Of a stretch of DNA of 64,000 nt, positions 24,770 to 38,099 are shown in pieces; positions within the stretch are counted from its first letter, which is position 1; every line of letters starts with the position of its first letter. Both the position numbers and the translations under genes were made by a program. Origin of the DNA: Mytilus californianus (taxonomy: Eukaryota); NCBI RefSeq assembly GCF_021869535.1, contig NW_026262668.1:91574001-91638000 (forward strand), read 5' to 3'. The notes beneath the pieces were generated by a model that worked only from the letters and a program-made list of their open reading frames with translations, was not told the DNA's origin and ran no database searches.

Positions 24770-26395
24770 GAAGGTTGAATGAATACTTTATTTGCAAGAA
24801 GCATATACATGCTATGGCAAATGAAAAAATATGTACAATATATGACAAACAAAAGACAGCAGAGAACAGTAGTTACAAAGTATACAATAATATTATGACA
24901 ATATAGGTGATCTAATTTTCCAAGCTGCATTTAAATAGTTGCATAGTTTTACTGTCAGAGATTTACAATGAGCTTGTAATAAATTATCTAACTTGTACCG
25001 ATTTGACCAAGAATAATAAATTTTAGGTAAAAATTCTAATCGCACAGATCTATATGCTGGACATGATAAAACAAAATGATATTCGTCCTCTAAAACATTC
25101 ATATTGCAACATATACAAATTCTATTTTCTCTTTGAGTATTTAGATAACGACCAACTTCAACATTTAATTTAAGTGTGCCGCTACACAATTTAGTTAATA
25201 TCGATACATTACAATGGAAATCTAGGTATTTTTCAACACCAAATACTAGTTTATATCGTTTATAAATACATAATTTGTTACACTCTTCTAAAGCTGTATT
25301 CCAGCTTTGTAAAAAATGATCTTTAATACGTGTTTTAACACAATCAAATGATAATTTACTAGTATCTTGTGAAATCCATACATCATTAAATCCAAGGTTA
25401 CATAACAAATTTTTGACGTTAGACGCCCAATTAATTTTACCATTATTTGCATCTTCGTACAAAAGTTTATAAACTTCATATACAATATCAGGTTTATTAG
25501 TTACAATATGAATCCAATATTTCAGGATTTTAAATTTTCTCAAAATATGCAATGGCAAATGCCCAAGTTCACCATATAAAAAATTTGTAGGGACTTTCTT
25601 GCCAAGTTTCAAAACAAATCTACAAAATCTATTATGTATAAGCTCTATATCACCAGCACGATGAAAACCCCATATTTCAGCCCCATAACTTAAAACGGAT
25701 CCAACCATACTATCAAATAGAAAAATCTGTTGTTCAGTAGTCAGATACAATTGTTTCAAAGAATTTATTTGTGAAGACAACGCTCTTGATCCTTACTGAG
25801 ATAAACGCTTTTGAGTTTGCAAAAATTTTCCATTATAGTGGAGCAACACACCGAGGTATACATAGGAGTGGAGCAACACACCGAGGTATACATAGGAGTT
25901 CACAATTTCTAATTCTCTGTCATTGTAATAAAAACGGTTTACCACAGGCCTCCATCCATTTCGAAAAACAATAACCTTTGTCTTCTCCGTGTTCACTTCT
26001 ATGTTCCATTTATTACAATATAATAGTAATTTATCAAGTAAATGCTGCAACACATTCGGTGATTTTCCAAAAAGTACAGTATCATCAGCAAATAAGATCA
26101 AATATATTAAAAATCCACTTAAAGACACAATGTTATTATCTGATTCAACAGAAATATCTTGAATAATGTTGTTAATAAAAAACAAAAACAGCAGAGGAGA
26201 TAGAGGTTCCCCTTGTTTAACACCAAGAAAATTATCAAACGCATCTGACAGCACTCCTCCGGATCATACACGAAGACGCACTGAAGAATATAAAGTTTTA
26301 ACAATAGATACAAATTTATTACTTATGCCATTATTTAGCAGTTTGTATATTAAAATTCTTCTGTGTAGCTTATCAAAATATTAGAATATAACCTC
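24770..26395 (-). mobile_element. 5'-truncated CR1/L2-group (Crack/Daphne-like) LINE: RT domain plus C-terminal CCHC
   Basis: FDKLHR, GVKQGEPLSPLLF, LFADD, YVYLGV, C-x2-C..EDEYHFVLSC motifs; one reading frame from about 26390 to 24893 broken only by two nonsense codons; 3' tail aataaagtattcattcaaccttc. Confidence 0.92.
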
Positions 26396-27067
26396 TTTGA
26401 TATCAGGACACAGGTAGTCAAATTAGGACAAGTTCCACCAACAAACAGGTTCAAGAAATGAAGCATACAGGTAGAGTGTGTCATTAATAATCATGAAGGA
26501 AGTGTTTTATAAGTGTATGTATAACTGTGGATCTTTTCTAGTTGTGTTCTTTGTCCTTTCAGAGTAAATTCACAAGTGTAATAATTCCATGACAACTGTT
26601 CTCTAGGACTTTATTTTTGACGGAATAACAACACACTAGTGTGAAGACGATATATTATACTAGTACACTTTGACATTTTGTAGTGCAGAAAATCTACACA
26701 TCTGAATAAAAGAATGCTTTAACATAAAATTAAAAACTTATGGCTACTAAATTCTGCCTCAAATAGAAAGGAAAATACTATGAACACAAACATTGATATG
26801 AAAAAATATGTCCCTGACTGCTCTTCTTCATCATTTGTTCATATGATTTATTTCAGCCAGTTGTTTTAGAATTTTGTAAACAAATTTAAACAGGCAATAT
26901 ACTTCTACAGGTAGAGACAACATGGTATGGGATGAAATCTTTTAAATATTTTACAGGTTGAACATGAAATGATCCTACCTGACCACTTTAGAAGTGAAAC
27001 ATTTCAATTTCAAAATTTTATTAACTCATGGAGGGGCAGAACATGTCACTGCAATGCATACTCCTAA

Positions 27068-28616
27068 CAGGGATGGGGTAATCGTAATCTGTAATCGTAA
27101 TCGATTGTAATTGATTACATTTTCCCCAGTAATCGACAGTAATGTGTAATCGAAGACATTTTCGATTACATGTAATCGTAATTTAATCGATTACGGCAAA
27201 AATTATGATGTAATCATCGATTACTTTTCGATTACATTTCGATTACTTTGAGATATAACCTATTTTAAATAAAAATATGTATGTACATGATGTATTCATC
27301 ACTTTATAGTACAGATAAAATAGAATGTATTACATTGTAATATGACTTAAGAGTTTATCAACTGCCTTATTTCTATCTATTATCTCAAGCTGCATTATAA
27401 TCAACTAGATCCCCTACCAAATTTTACTTGATATTTAGGTTTTGAAACAAATGAACTTATGTGCTTGTCAATAATTCAAGACCTTTTATATTAAAATATG
27501 AAAATAGATTTAAGTTAAGAAATGAGTCTTAAGTTAATATCTGTTCTACATTAAAGTAGTAAGCTTATTTGTATTAAAATTGCTTTAGGCATAATTTTCA
27601 ATAAGAGTTGGAATTTTAGCTTTGAATAGATAAACAGTAACTGTTGATCTTACAATGTTATGATAAAAAAAGTTAAGAAAGTACACCAAATCCTTTTGAC
27701 AATGAACCAATGGGTATGCATCGAAATTCTTTTTTTCAGATATAGATACATGTATCCCTTTTTGACACAATAAATATATATTGTTTATAATTTGATTAGA
27801 GAATAAAAAATTTAACAAACTTCTTGTCTTTACTAATCAGAAGTTCAGACTTCTAATCAATAAGATGCAGACTTTGTTTTCATTTCAATTATGTCTAATT
27901 AAGAAGGAGATTTACATTATTTTTCCCCAGGTTATAAATTGTACTCCATTGACAGTTTTATAACCTGTAATTAGGGTGGTTATCCAAACATAAGGATTAA
28001 TTCATTTATGTCATTATAACTATAATTTCAATCTTTAAAATTTGCTGAACTAATTAATTATTCTATGGTTTTAAATTTTTTTTCAAAGGAAACTTACAAC
28101 ATTTTAATCATCTATGTTAAAATATACCTGTTTTAACAAGTATAAACAAAAAAGCTAACTTAAGTAAGAATGAAAGCAAATTTTTGAAAAAACTTACAAT
28201 ATAAATAACTGATTGATGCAATGCGATGTCATCTCTTATTTATCTTGACAGCCAAAATTTCAAGAAATTTTGAATATTTCTGACCTTCAGTATGATATTC
28301 CATCTAGAAAACAACTGTGAACTTAAAATTTGGTAACAATGCTTTAAATGCTGTTTTAGTAAAGTTCTAAATTTCGACTATAAAAAACGTTGAGCAACAT
28401 AATTGTGTATAACTTACTTTATTATTTTTTTTTGTAATTTTGTAGCATGTAATTGACAGTAATCGAAAAGTAATGTAATTACTTTTGATAAAGTAATCGA
28501 TTGCAATCGATTACAAACAAAAATTAGAGTAATCGATTATTAATCGATTACACAAAAATCCTTCATGTAATCGATTATTAATCGATTACATATGTCAGTA
28601 ATCGTGCCCATCCCTG
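27068..28616. mobile_element. Non-autonomous hAT element, 1549 bp
   Basis: TIR cagggatggg / cccatccctg; perfect 8-bp TSD actcctaa (27060-27067, 28617-28624); subterminal GTAATC/GATTAC arrays. Confidence 0.92.
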
Positions 28617-29997
28617 ACTCCTAACATCTATTTTATTCATTTATATGTTCTGCTTAATTTCAAAGAATTGATTTATAAACAGTGCTACAACAGATTGCTT
28701 AGCTATTTTTTATGTTTTTGTTGTCTGATTATTTTTTCATGCTTAGGATTTATGTTTTGCATGCATGTCATGTCTTCTCAATGACAATATATTAATTGTT
28801 TTATGTTAATATTTGCCAATGTCAATAATATAGCTCAGTAGAAGGTGTACTTTCTATGTATAATCATATATGTAATAGCTATTATATCTATGGCATAATG
28901 TTGTAAACATGTTCTACTTCAAAAACGCTTTTTTTATTGGTATTTTGTACACACAAACATAATGTGGATTATTTTTCTTTTAAAAGGGGATTACACACAG
29001 TACAATATTTTTAAAATAAAACTAGAGGCTCTAAAGAGCCAGTGTTGCTCACCTAGTTCTATATGCATATTCATCAATGGACACTTCTCCAACATTTGAG
29101 ACTAGAATATTCTTCAAGACTAAAATCTCTTTTGTTGAATCTGTATTGCAGATCATATTTTCTGTTTAAAGTTTCTATCTTCAATAGGTATTATCCAAAA
29201 AACAAAAAAGTGTTAAAACTGTCTTGAGAGCAATAAATCCAATAAAACAGACCTGCCAACTATCCTGATTTTGGCGGTATCATCCCCATTTTCATTCCTC
29301 AATCAGAATCCCTATATCAGGATCGTAAAACAAGTCAAAATCCAGATTTTCACAAAATCTACCCACAAAAATTGTTGGTTACCGATTTTGAAGTTTTTCT
29401 GATCAATTTCTATAAATCTATAATTTTACCTGGCAACATATTTATGACAAGTTTACGACCCCAAGTTAATCAATGGTCACAACAGGTGTCATAATCTGTC
29501 GTTACAGGTAATCTACTTATCCGATGGGTCATAATGATCCTCAAAATTAATTAATTTGTAAATAGAATCGGTCAGTTGACATTTCAATTTTAATCAATTT
29601 ATCATGCGATCACAATTTGCAACGTTTACCGTAGTATCATGACAAAAGCGTAATTAACTGAAAGACGAAAACTGTAATGAACTCATTATGAAACATCGCT
29701 TATCTTGAAATCTGTGAAAATTTTTGTAATCAGACGTGTTTCTGTCCAGTTTTGATTTAAAATCGACACCATATTGTATTCACTTCTACTATGTATAAGC
29801 CACAGCCGGTAGGAGCACCTTTGAATACCAAGAAAGGGGGGGTCTTCATTTTGTATCCTTTATTTTATTAGGCTATTTTTCTCTATTCTTAAGTTATTTT
29901 GCCAATTAATAAGTACAAGAATCATGCAAATAAAAGAAATCAAGGCTTGTTAGCTCATCATCAGTCTACCAAAAGAAAAAAAAAGAAGAATTAAAAA

Positions 29998-32283
29998 TCA
30001 TTTGTTCAGAGAACAATTGAAGGTCTTTCCACCCGAAACGATATATTTTGATGTGAAAAATATTAAAACTCGGTTAGAAATGTAATTTTCAGTGTCAAAT
30101 GATAGCTTATTATACGCTGAATTTAAAAATATATGGTTTCTAAACATTTTTGTTTGAAATATGGGGAATAATTTGTTACTTCCGGTTTGAAAAAGGTCAC
30201 TTCCGGTATCATTTGATAGTTTACTTGACACTGATTCCAAAAATATATGGTTCTATGTACTTTAACATTAAATATGGACAAGAAATAGCTACTTCCGGTT
30301 TACAAAAGGTCATTTCCGGTTGATTTTTTCAAGGTCATATGGCTTGCAACTTAATGCACAAAGTACCATAGCTTTATCAGGCATACATTAAAAGTTAAAG
30401 CAAAGGTCAAAATCTAGAACGTCAAATCAAACTTTGACCTTGACCCTAATTTCAAGGTCATGAAACAAGGGCCTCAAATCAAAACACTCTAGGTCTCTAC
30501 TATATATTGTTAATGAGTTATATTACCATACAGCTGATATTAGATATAAAAGGGGCGAAAACTCCCATTAAATGTCTATGTACCCTTTAAACTAAAATTT
30601 ACGTGTTACGACATGTCGCAACTAACAATTCTGTAAAAATATTTTGTCGATATTGTGTACAATCTCTGAAAATAAGAGATACAACATGTAACAAGCCAAA
30701 ATCAAAATTTAGAATATGACCTTGACCTTTGACCTTGACCTTACAGGCCTCTACAATAACTTTTTTTTCAACTTGTCCAGTAGGACAAGTACATACCAAA
30801 ACTTACTTGTCCGAATGAAATTGTAACTTGTCCAAAAAAAAAATCTTAATAATAACCTTTTTTGCAATTTAAGTTGATTGAATTAAAACAATAGAACAGA
30901 ATTTGATTTTAACATATATTTTGCAATACTTTTAAAAAATATAAGTCGTGAAGAACTTAATCTAGTAATGTCACAGGACTTAGGTTCTAGTTTTCATCAA
31001 TGCCAAAGTCTCATCAGACTCTGCACATGAGGCACCATCTGATAGGATTGCCAATGTACACTCGTTGGATTTGTATCCTGTTTTTTTAAGTTGAAAAAAG
31101 TTTATTCAAATGCAATCAATAAAAAAAAGAAGATGAGGTATGATTGCCAATGAGACAACTCTCTGCAAGAGATCAAATGACACAGAAATTAATAACTATA
31201 GGTCACCGTATTGCAAGTACTAGTACTGTTTTTTTCTACATATGATCAAATATGATTTAGTGAATTTTATGGTAAATAATTTCGTTATTTTTATTTAAAA
31301 AATATTTTTGTTAAAAAAATAACCGGTATGGTATTTATTATAAAGCAACAGAATAAGGTAGGAAAACGAGGTACTGATTTGTCTTGGTCCCAAAATGTCT
31401 CCTGCGTTACCAAACTGTCTATTAATTATGTCTATTAAATATGTCTCCTACGGTGCCAAACTGTCTATTAAACTTGGAAGGAATCGCTTCCGAGCTGGTG
31501 ACGAACTGTCTTGTAAAGTTACCTCATCTATAAAGGCAGGATCAGTAAGACTGGTTTCCGAGAACCTGTTAAAAAGTACCTGACAAAGAACCAGTTTTAA
31601 ATTATCGATTGCAAGTAAACATGTCAAATTAATACTTGTTTTTATCTTCTTTTCTTGATTTTTGTTTATAATTACTTTGTTCATCAAAGTTGGATTAAAT
31701 TTATTTTCTGCAGAATAATTTTACTTGTCCCGTCGGACAAGCTTGATATAGCTTTTACTTGTCCGACCTTTTTTTCCTCTGGTACCGGACAATCGGACAA
31801 GCGTTATTGTCGAGCCCTGCCTTATTTTCTTTTTTTGAACCGAGGACCTCAAATCAAAAGACTTCAGGTCTCTATAAGTTATGGTTTTTTAGTTACAAAT
31901 GCACATCATTTATATCAAATGCATAAGGGGAAATAACTCTCATATGGAGTCTCTGGATAGCTTCAGTCAAAATTAATCAAATCATTCTGAGGATATAATG
32001 AGCAATTTGGTAAAATAAATTAGTCGGTTTCTTATGCGGTTGCTACGTATAAGTAATAACAAGAAAAACAGTGTTCAGGGAGATAACTCTTATATGGGAA
32101 AGTATTCGGTTACGCGGTGTCAGTTTCAAAAGCGTATTAAACTGTTCAATATCATATACCATATGTCTAAGCGACATCTTACGAAACAAAAAAACAGCAA
32201 AGTAAAAAAATTAGGCGGAAGAAAAAAAATAATAATCAGAACAAAACCAATAGGTCTTTCCACGGAAAAGTGGAAAGACCTAA
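29998..32283 (-). mobile_element. HINE-like element (ggtctttcca sub-TIRs), split by the 30744-31819 insertion
   Basis: Hairpin taggtctttccacggaaaagtggaaagaccta at 32250-32283; ggtctttcca plus hairpin at 29998-30032; internal gaccttga repeats. Confidence 0.7.
30744..31819. mobile_element. TIR element with 5-bp TSD (hAT5-like)
   Basis: caggcctctacaataac / gttattgtcgagccctg 17-bp TIR (2 mismatches); cctta duplicated on both sides; removal restores gaccttgaccttattttc. Confidence 0.75.
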
Positions 32284-33048
32284 ATTTGAGACTATTTCAA
32301 GAGTATAAAACCGTGCACACAGAAACGCCGCAAAAATGTTAACCCTTAAAAATCTGGTCGCACACTAAATCCCCCATGGGGATTTTCAAAAGTTGGCAGG
32401 TCTGATGAGAAGACAACTGTCATATTCATCAACAACAAAAAATGTATATGTAAGCTAGATAACCTATTTGCATATTTTGTCTTGCTCATCATTTTTGCTT
32501 TTTGAAGTTTTTATCTATCTTTTATAGATTTATGATCTTTGTATAAGCTAACGTACGAGGAAGACGACGGACGCCAAGTGATGCCAATAGCTCACACTGG
32601 CCCTTTGGACCAGGTCAGGCAGTTAGAGTGTTCGAGGAATTAGCGTTGGTCAAAATTAAAATTTGATGAAAACGTTTTAAACCAAAAAATAAGTTATCTT
32701 TTGTAACAAATACCTTTGCTACATGCATGATCATTAATAAACAGATGAAAATGAAAGTTGGTAACATGTAGGTCGCCATTTTCAATTATATTGTTGAAGT
32801 CATGTGATTAGGTCATATGACTGTATTATGAATTCGTCCCTTTTGAAAGTCCGTCCCTGTAATTGATAAAGGATTTCAGTAAAGTCGGCATATACACTGG
32901 GAATAGTACACTATTGACAACAGAGACTTATATACACATCTCTCGGCTAACAATAAGATAAGATAAGACGAATCATTTTATTTCCAGTAGTGGACCCTTT
33001 ATGGGCAAAATCAGTATAATGATTATTATAGTAAACAATAACAATATA

Positions 33049-34280
33049 ACGTCACAGTACCCAAATTGCTCCGAGTATCCAAATTGCACCCATTTAAGCA
33101 AAAATGAAGCAGCGGAAATCTTACAAGTTTTCTTAAAGATTAAACAATTTGCATTTTTTATGATTTGACATTATGCACGTCTTTATAGCTAAATATATTC
33201 GAATATACATAAAACATTCACAGTTATGATAAGAAGGGCAAAAGATACCTAAGGGACATTCAAACTCATAAGTCGAAAATAAACTGACAACAGCATGGCT
33301 AAAAAAGAAAAAGACAAACAGACAAACAATAGTACACAAAACACAACATAGAAAACTAAAGACTGAGCAACACGAACCCCACCAAAAACTGGGGGTGATC
33401 TCAGGTGCTCCGGAAGGGTCAGCAGATCCTGCTAAACATGTGGCACCCGTCTTGTTGCTCATGTTAGCACAATCGGTAATAAGTCTAATTCGGTAGGTCA
33501 CATTCGGGAAAAGGGGACGGGATTGTAGTTACGACTTTAGGAACATATCCACTACCATCTGTGAAAAGGATATTTCGTAACGATCAACCAACTCGTGATG
33601 GCGTCCGTAAAATTTACGAAGGGATGATTTCAACTTCACCACTTGGAACTCTTGGTTTAATAGCTTCCTTGTGAGCAGCAACCCTCTATCAAGGAAATCA
33701 TGATAGGAAATACAAGCCCTAGAGTATCTTATCAACTGGGAGATATATACTCCGTATGCAGGCGCTGCTGGAATGTCACAGTGCTACATTAAAATGGATA
33801 GTTCACAATCGGGAAGCAGATTATCAACAGATTTTAAAAGTATACACTGGAAAAAGTAAAATCTACGGAAACACGACGTCCACAAAAAGTCAACTTTTTA
33901 AAATGATCAATTAAAATATGTTACAGACATCCATTTCTTAAAAAATGAAAATTAAGCATGGGCTATTGTCAAGATGTTCTAAATATTTAGAGAAATAAAA
34001 CAAAACATAAGCTAGTTATTCGAATTTTACGGAGGTGAATTTAAGCATGGATGCAATTTGGGTATTCCTCATTACAGAATCAATGTTCATGGATCGTTTG
34101 GAGCTCGGTACAAACCCATTTTTCTATGATTTGATATAGATTCAAAATTAAATTGGGGGACTATATAGTTAATAAGGATACATCTACAAAATAAACACAG
34201 AATGGAAACTTTTGTCTGGATCATAAATAAACTTAGGTGAAAAAACTGTCAAAATAGGTGAAATTTGGGTACCATCACGT
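33049..34280. mobile_element. TA-flanked TIR element carrying a retroelement fragment
   Basis: ta|acgtcacagtacccaaatt ... aatttgggtaccatcacgt|ta imperfect TIR; internal cccaaattgc repeats. Confidence 0.55.
33230..33780 (-). mobile_element. Penelope-like retroelement 3' fragment (RT C-terminus IPAAPAYGVYISQLIRYSRAC...KFYGRHHELV plus 3' tail); further tail fragments at about 37200-37500 and 43620-43672
   Basis: ORF 33529-33735 plus upstream codons; motif recognised from recall of PLE RTs. Confidence 0.7.
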
Positions 34281-34329
34281 TAGGTTATACAAAAGAAAAA
34301 CAGTTCAAACATGAAATATATTATGAGTT

Positions 34330-35470
34330 AATATAACCTATTATAAACTAAGAAAGTATTTTATAAATTTGTCTCCTGCAATAAAATCCTGTGTTCATAT
34401 TTTTTCAAACCCTTAAACCCATTCTGTTATATAATTCAGAGGTATGGGGAGGTTATAATGTTGCTTGTAATAAATTACAATCCTCCTTGTTTAATCTTGA
34501 AAATATTTATAAAAATCTGCAGTGTGAGAAACTTCATCTCAAGTTCTCCAAATTTATACTTGGTGTACACAAAAGGAGTGTAAATTTTGCTGTATTATCA
34601 GAACTGGAGCGTTTCCCCCTACATTACGATATTGTAAAGTTAATTGTTAAATATACTGGTATAAATCTTCCGACAGAATTCACTCTGTTGAAAGACGCTT
34701 ATAAATGCAGCCAAGAGCTTCACAAATCTAACATAACTTCTTGGTTCTCATTTGTTAAAAAATTATTAGAAGTTTTTGAAATTAAACAAGAAGTAAAACA
34801 TTTTGGACTATTTAAATTTTTGAATATATTTAACATATTAATTCATACTAACTATATTAACAATTGGTATTTTAGCAAAAAAAGGGTTCTGATGGAAAAT
34901 TGTTCAATTTTTTGAAATTTAAACAAAATTTTGGTTATGAAAATTATCTCTCTTTGGTTAAGAACTTTGATTTTAGAAGAGCTATTTGCAAATTACGTAT
35001 TTCTGCTCAGAAGCTTCAAATTGAATTTGGCCGTTTTTCAAATATTCCACGAAATGAAAGAATTTGCAAAAAATGCTCCTCTGGTTGTGATGACGATGAA
35101 ATCCATTTTTTAACTTCATGTGAAAAATTTAACTCTGATAGAGATGCTCTCTTTGACTTTGTTTGCCAAAAAATTCCAAACTTTTCTTTACTGGACAATC
35201 AGCAAAAATTCATTTTTTTATTAAGCTGTGAAGACAATCAGGTCCTTAATGCTGTTGGAAAATTTATTAAAGTCAATATATGACTTAGATCTATTTATTT
35301 TTCATATAACTATATTATATACTATAAACAAAGACTTTATTACAGTCTAATTGTATTGTGATTGTGTATTTAAATTCTATGTATGCTAATCAATGTTCTT
35401 TTTCCTTATACATGTATTTTCTATATGCCCCTTGTGGACCGGCCTTAATTGGTAATAAAATATGTTCTAT
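34330..35470 (+). mobile_element. 5'-truncated, frameshifted CR1/L2-group LINE 3' end
   Basis: ORFs 34391-34915 (KPILLYNSEVWG, KFILGV) and 34900-35283 (KLRISAQKLQIEFGR, CKKC..DDEIHFLTSC); aataaa tail near 35455. Confidence 0.85.
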
Positions 35471-35944
35471 AACCATATCAACCATAATGTTCCGAGTGTT
35501 TTTTTACCATGCACCAGAAACAGCACCATATCCATAATGAAATAAGCCTTTGTAAGTTAAGCCCTCCTCGTGGCCGATGCATATGAACAAATATTATAGT
35601 TGTCCAAATGCAGGAGTCACTAAGGGTAGGTGCATACAGGGCACTCAAGCAAAATAAACCGATATGAATATTTAAGCACTTAATACAATACATCTAAAAA
35701 CTAATGTTCAAAAAATTATTATCTAGTCCTCCTCCTTGCTGATGCACATGGACAAGAATATTAAGCAGTTATTCAAACGGAGGAGTCACCAAGGGCAGGT
35801 GCTCAAAAGACATTGTAATATGAAATGTAAAGATTAAGTGCAAACATTATTGGGATTTTGATGCAGCCTCTAGCACAACTTGTCCCAATACTCTGAGAGA
35901 ACAAAATTCACAAAAACAAAATTACAGACAAAGGTAGAAAGCAT

Positions 35945-36190
35945 AAGTAGTTTTCTTTATTTTTTATGAAAGCACACATTTCGTACGAGATATCATTGTT
36001 TTCATTACTTATTAACCAAGTTAACTGATCCTTAGTAGTCAACATATCAAAGTAAGCACAATACTTCCTAGCACAAAGTAGTAGTTTGCGTCTCTCATTA
36101 TTTAGTGAATTGCAATTAAGAAGAAAATGTAATCCATCTTCAACCTCATGCAGAGCTTGAGCATATAGGACAATTTAAGCTCTATCCAGA
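35945..36190 (-). mobile_element. Short LINE C-terminal remnant (CPIC..EVEDGLHFLLNC..ERRKL)
   Basis: Hand translation of the minus strand; same CCHC-type tail as the other two LINEs, with a frameshift. Confidence 0.65.
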
Positions 36191-37067
36191 AATAACCTGA
36201 TATCTCCCCTTTTCAATCTTAAGTCCGGGGGTTTGTGCTAACACACGCAACCTTGTCATATTTTTTCAATAATATCAACACTGCGGATAACAGATAAGTA
36301 TTATTACTGACAAAGTTATTTTTATAAAGTACATAAGAGCATAATTTGCTACTAGCATGCATTTGTAATGTCTGTTCCCACCTGCTTGTTAAAAAACCCA
36401 GTATATTATGTCCCAGATGTACAAAATAACAGCAAGACATGAGCTTTGACGCAAAAATAAGGAGATGAGGTATGATTGCCAATGAGACAACTATCCACCA
36501 AAGTTCAAATAAAGTGGATGTAGTGCTCTTTAACCAACTATATCATATACAGAAATCATGCAGCTTCATGCAAATATATGAAGTCATATATCACTTCTTT
36601 ACTGAAAAGGTTTCTGGTCAACACCTCTACGCGTGCACTGCTTGGCTGGGGATACTAGCAACCACTGAAATATGATTAAAAAAATACTAACAAAACTAAA
36701 AAGCATAAATATAATTCCTAAATGAGTAAAAATGAGACGTCATAGTTCTGGCCACATATGGAAGGTATTTCCATACTAATTTCAGATATGTTTTATACCA
36801 TAAGAGGTTTAAGTATCCACATATTATATAATAAAAATATTTGTACTTTTTCTATCATTTTCCCCGTTAAATTTTTCAAATGTCATTCCGCTATTGTGAT
36901 TCAATATAAACAATAAGGAGTATACGTATAAACGAAATAACAACCCAAATACACAATAACTTAGATCTAAATAAATACAAAATCTGACAATTGTAATTGT
37001 AAATAACTTTGAGAAGACTATAGCTGTGTTTTCCAACACTGCGCAAAGTTTTTGCGGGACCATATAC

Positions 37068-37160
37068 ATTCAATACTGAAGTTGGGTCCTTGCTTGGAAG
37101 AAGAGTTAGACAAACGACTAAAAAAGTAAACAAACAACTGACATCTATACGGGTCAACAT
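37068..37160 (-). CDS. Best candidate signal-peptide exon of the beta-galactosidase (MLTRIDVSCLFTFLVVCLTLLPSKDPTS[VLN])
   Basis: Hydrophobic core; two phase-0 donors (TCA|gtattg after 37077, AAT|gtatat after 37068) compatible with exon 2. Competing candidates exist and there is no homology support. Confidence 0.35.
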
Positions 37161-38099
37161 ACGGTGTCCAAAAACGGGGAGTATTCACTTACATAGAAAT
37201 AGGGCAATTAAAAAAACCATAAGTCGTAGAAATACATACAACAATAACATGACCAAAAAGATAAAAACGATGACAAATAATAGAAAATAAAACACCACAC
37301 AGAAGACCGTAAGATTAAGCAACGCAAACCACAGCTAAAACAGGCCGGGGTGAACTCATGCGCTCTGGAAGGGTAATCAGATCATTTTGTTGCATTAAGG
37401 ACACCTGTCGTGTTGCTAATGGCAAGTACAAATTCTATGATAAGATATAATCGAAGAAAGAGCCGGACGGAACTGTGACAACAACAAGTTGAACATAGCC
37501 GTGATCTTGTTTGATTTATAGTGTTTTTATAAAGTATGACTTGTCCCTTCCAAATAAAACAGTCCATTTGAGTGTGCGTTTGACATTTTTTTTAACCAAA
37601 GTTGGACTAATTTTTTCGATTTGTCGTTAAGATAAGAATGAGAAATACCGTTGAAAGTTTCAAACTATACCAATATCTGCTATTTACACCTAATTCCATA
37701 AACTATCCGGGCCAAAGGGAAAAAGCCATAGATATGACTTTTGTTCATCGCCAATCTATAAAACAGAAAAAAAAAGGAATTTAGCGATATCCAAATTGAA
37801 AAGAATAAAGGGAACTTTATATTTCAAGATAATCACCAACACAAATTCAAGTCTATCGTACTCGCTTACTCGTCTAACACAAATCTATATATATATTTAA
37901 ACTAGATTGAAGGTAAAAGCAAAAAAATATGGCTAAAATTGTTATTTCAGGGCAATAACTCTCATAAAGGAGTACATTGACTGATTTGCAGATCCCGAGA
38001 TTACTATTGCACACATTATTGTTGTGAAATAGTGGCCTCTTGTAGATCCTGGTTTGCTGATAATTTAGCTGCGAATAGTTTCTCACCATCTAATTAAGT

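Larger units (their letters stand above)
29248..32404. mobile_element. Putative TIR element bounded by a perfect 14-bp inverted repeat cagacctgccaact
   Basis: cagacctgccaact at 29248 and agttggcaggtctg ending 32404; no TSD found. Confidence 0.45.
29019..32618 (-). mobile_element. Interrupted HINE-like host element (ends aactagaggctctaaagagcc / gacgacggacgccaagtgatg..ccagg) containing nested insertions
   Basis: End motifs of the HINE type at 29019-29100 and 32545-32618; linking the two ends is inference. Confidence 0.45.

Noticed and set aside
26979-27060. Donor-like CAG|gtagga next to the hAT insertion as beta-galactosidase exon 1
   Set aside because: The phase-0 frame has a TAA four codons upstream and there is no signal peptide.
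33133-33501. 122-aa hydrophobic ORF
   Set aside because: It is the low-complexity 3' tail of the Penelope-like repeat, with related fragments elsewhere in the window.
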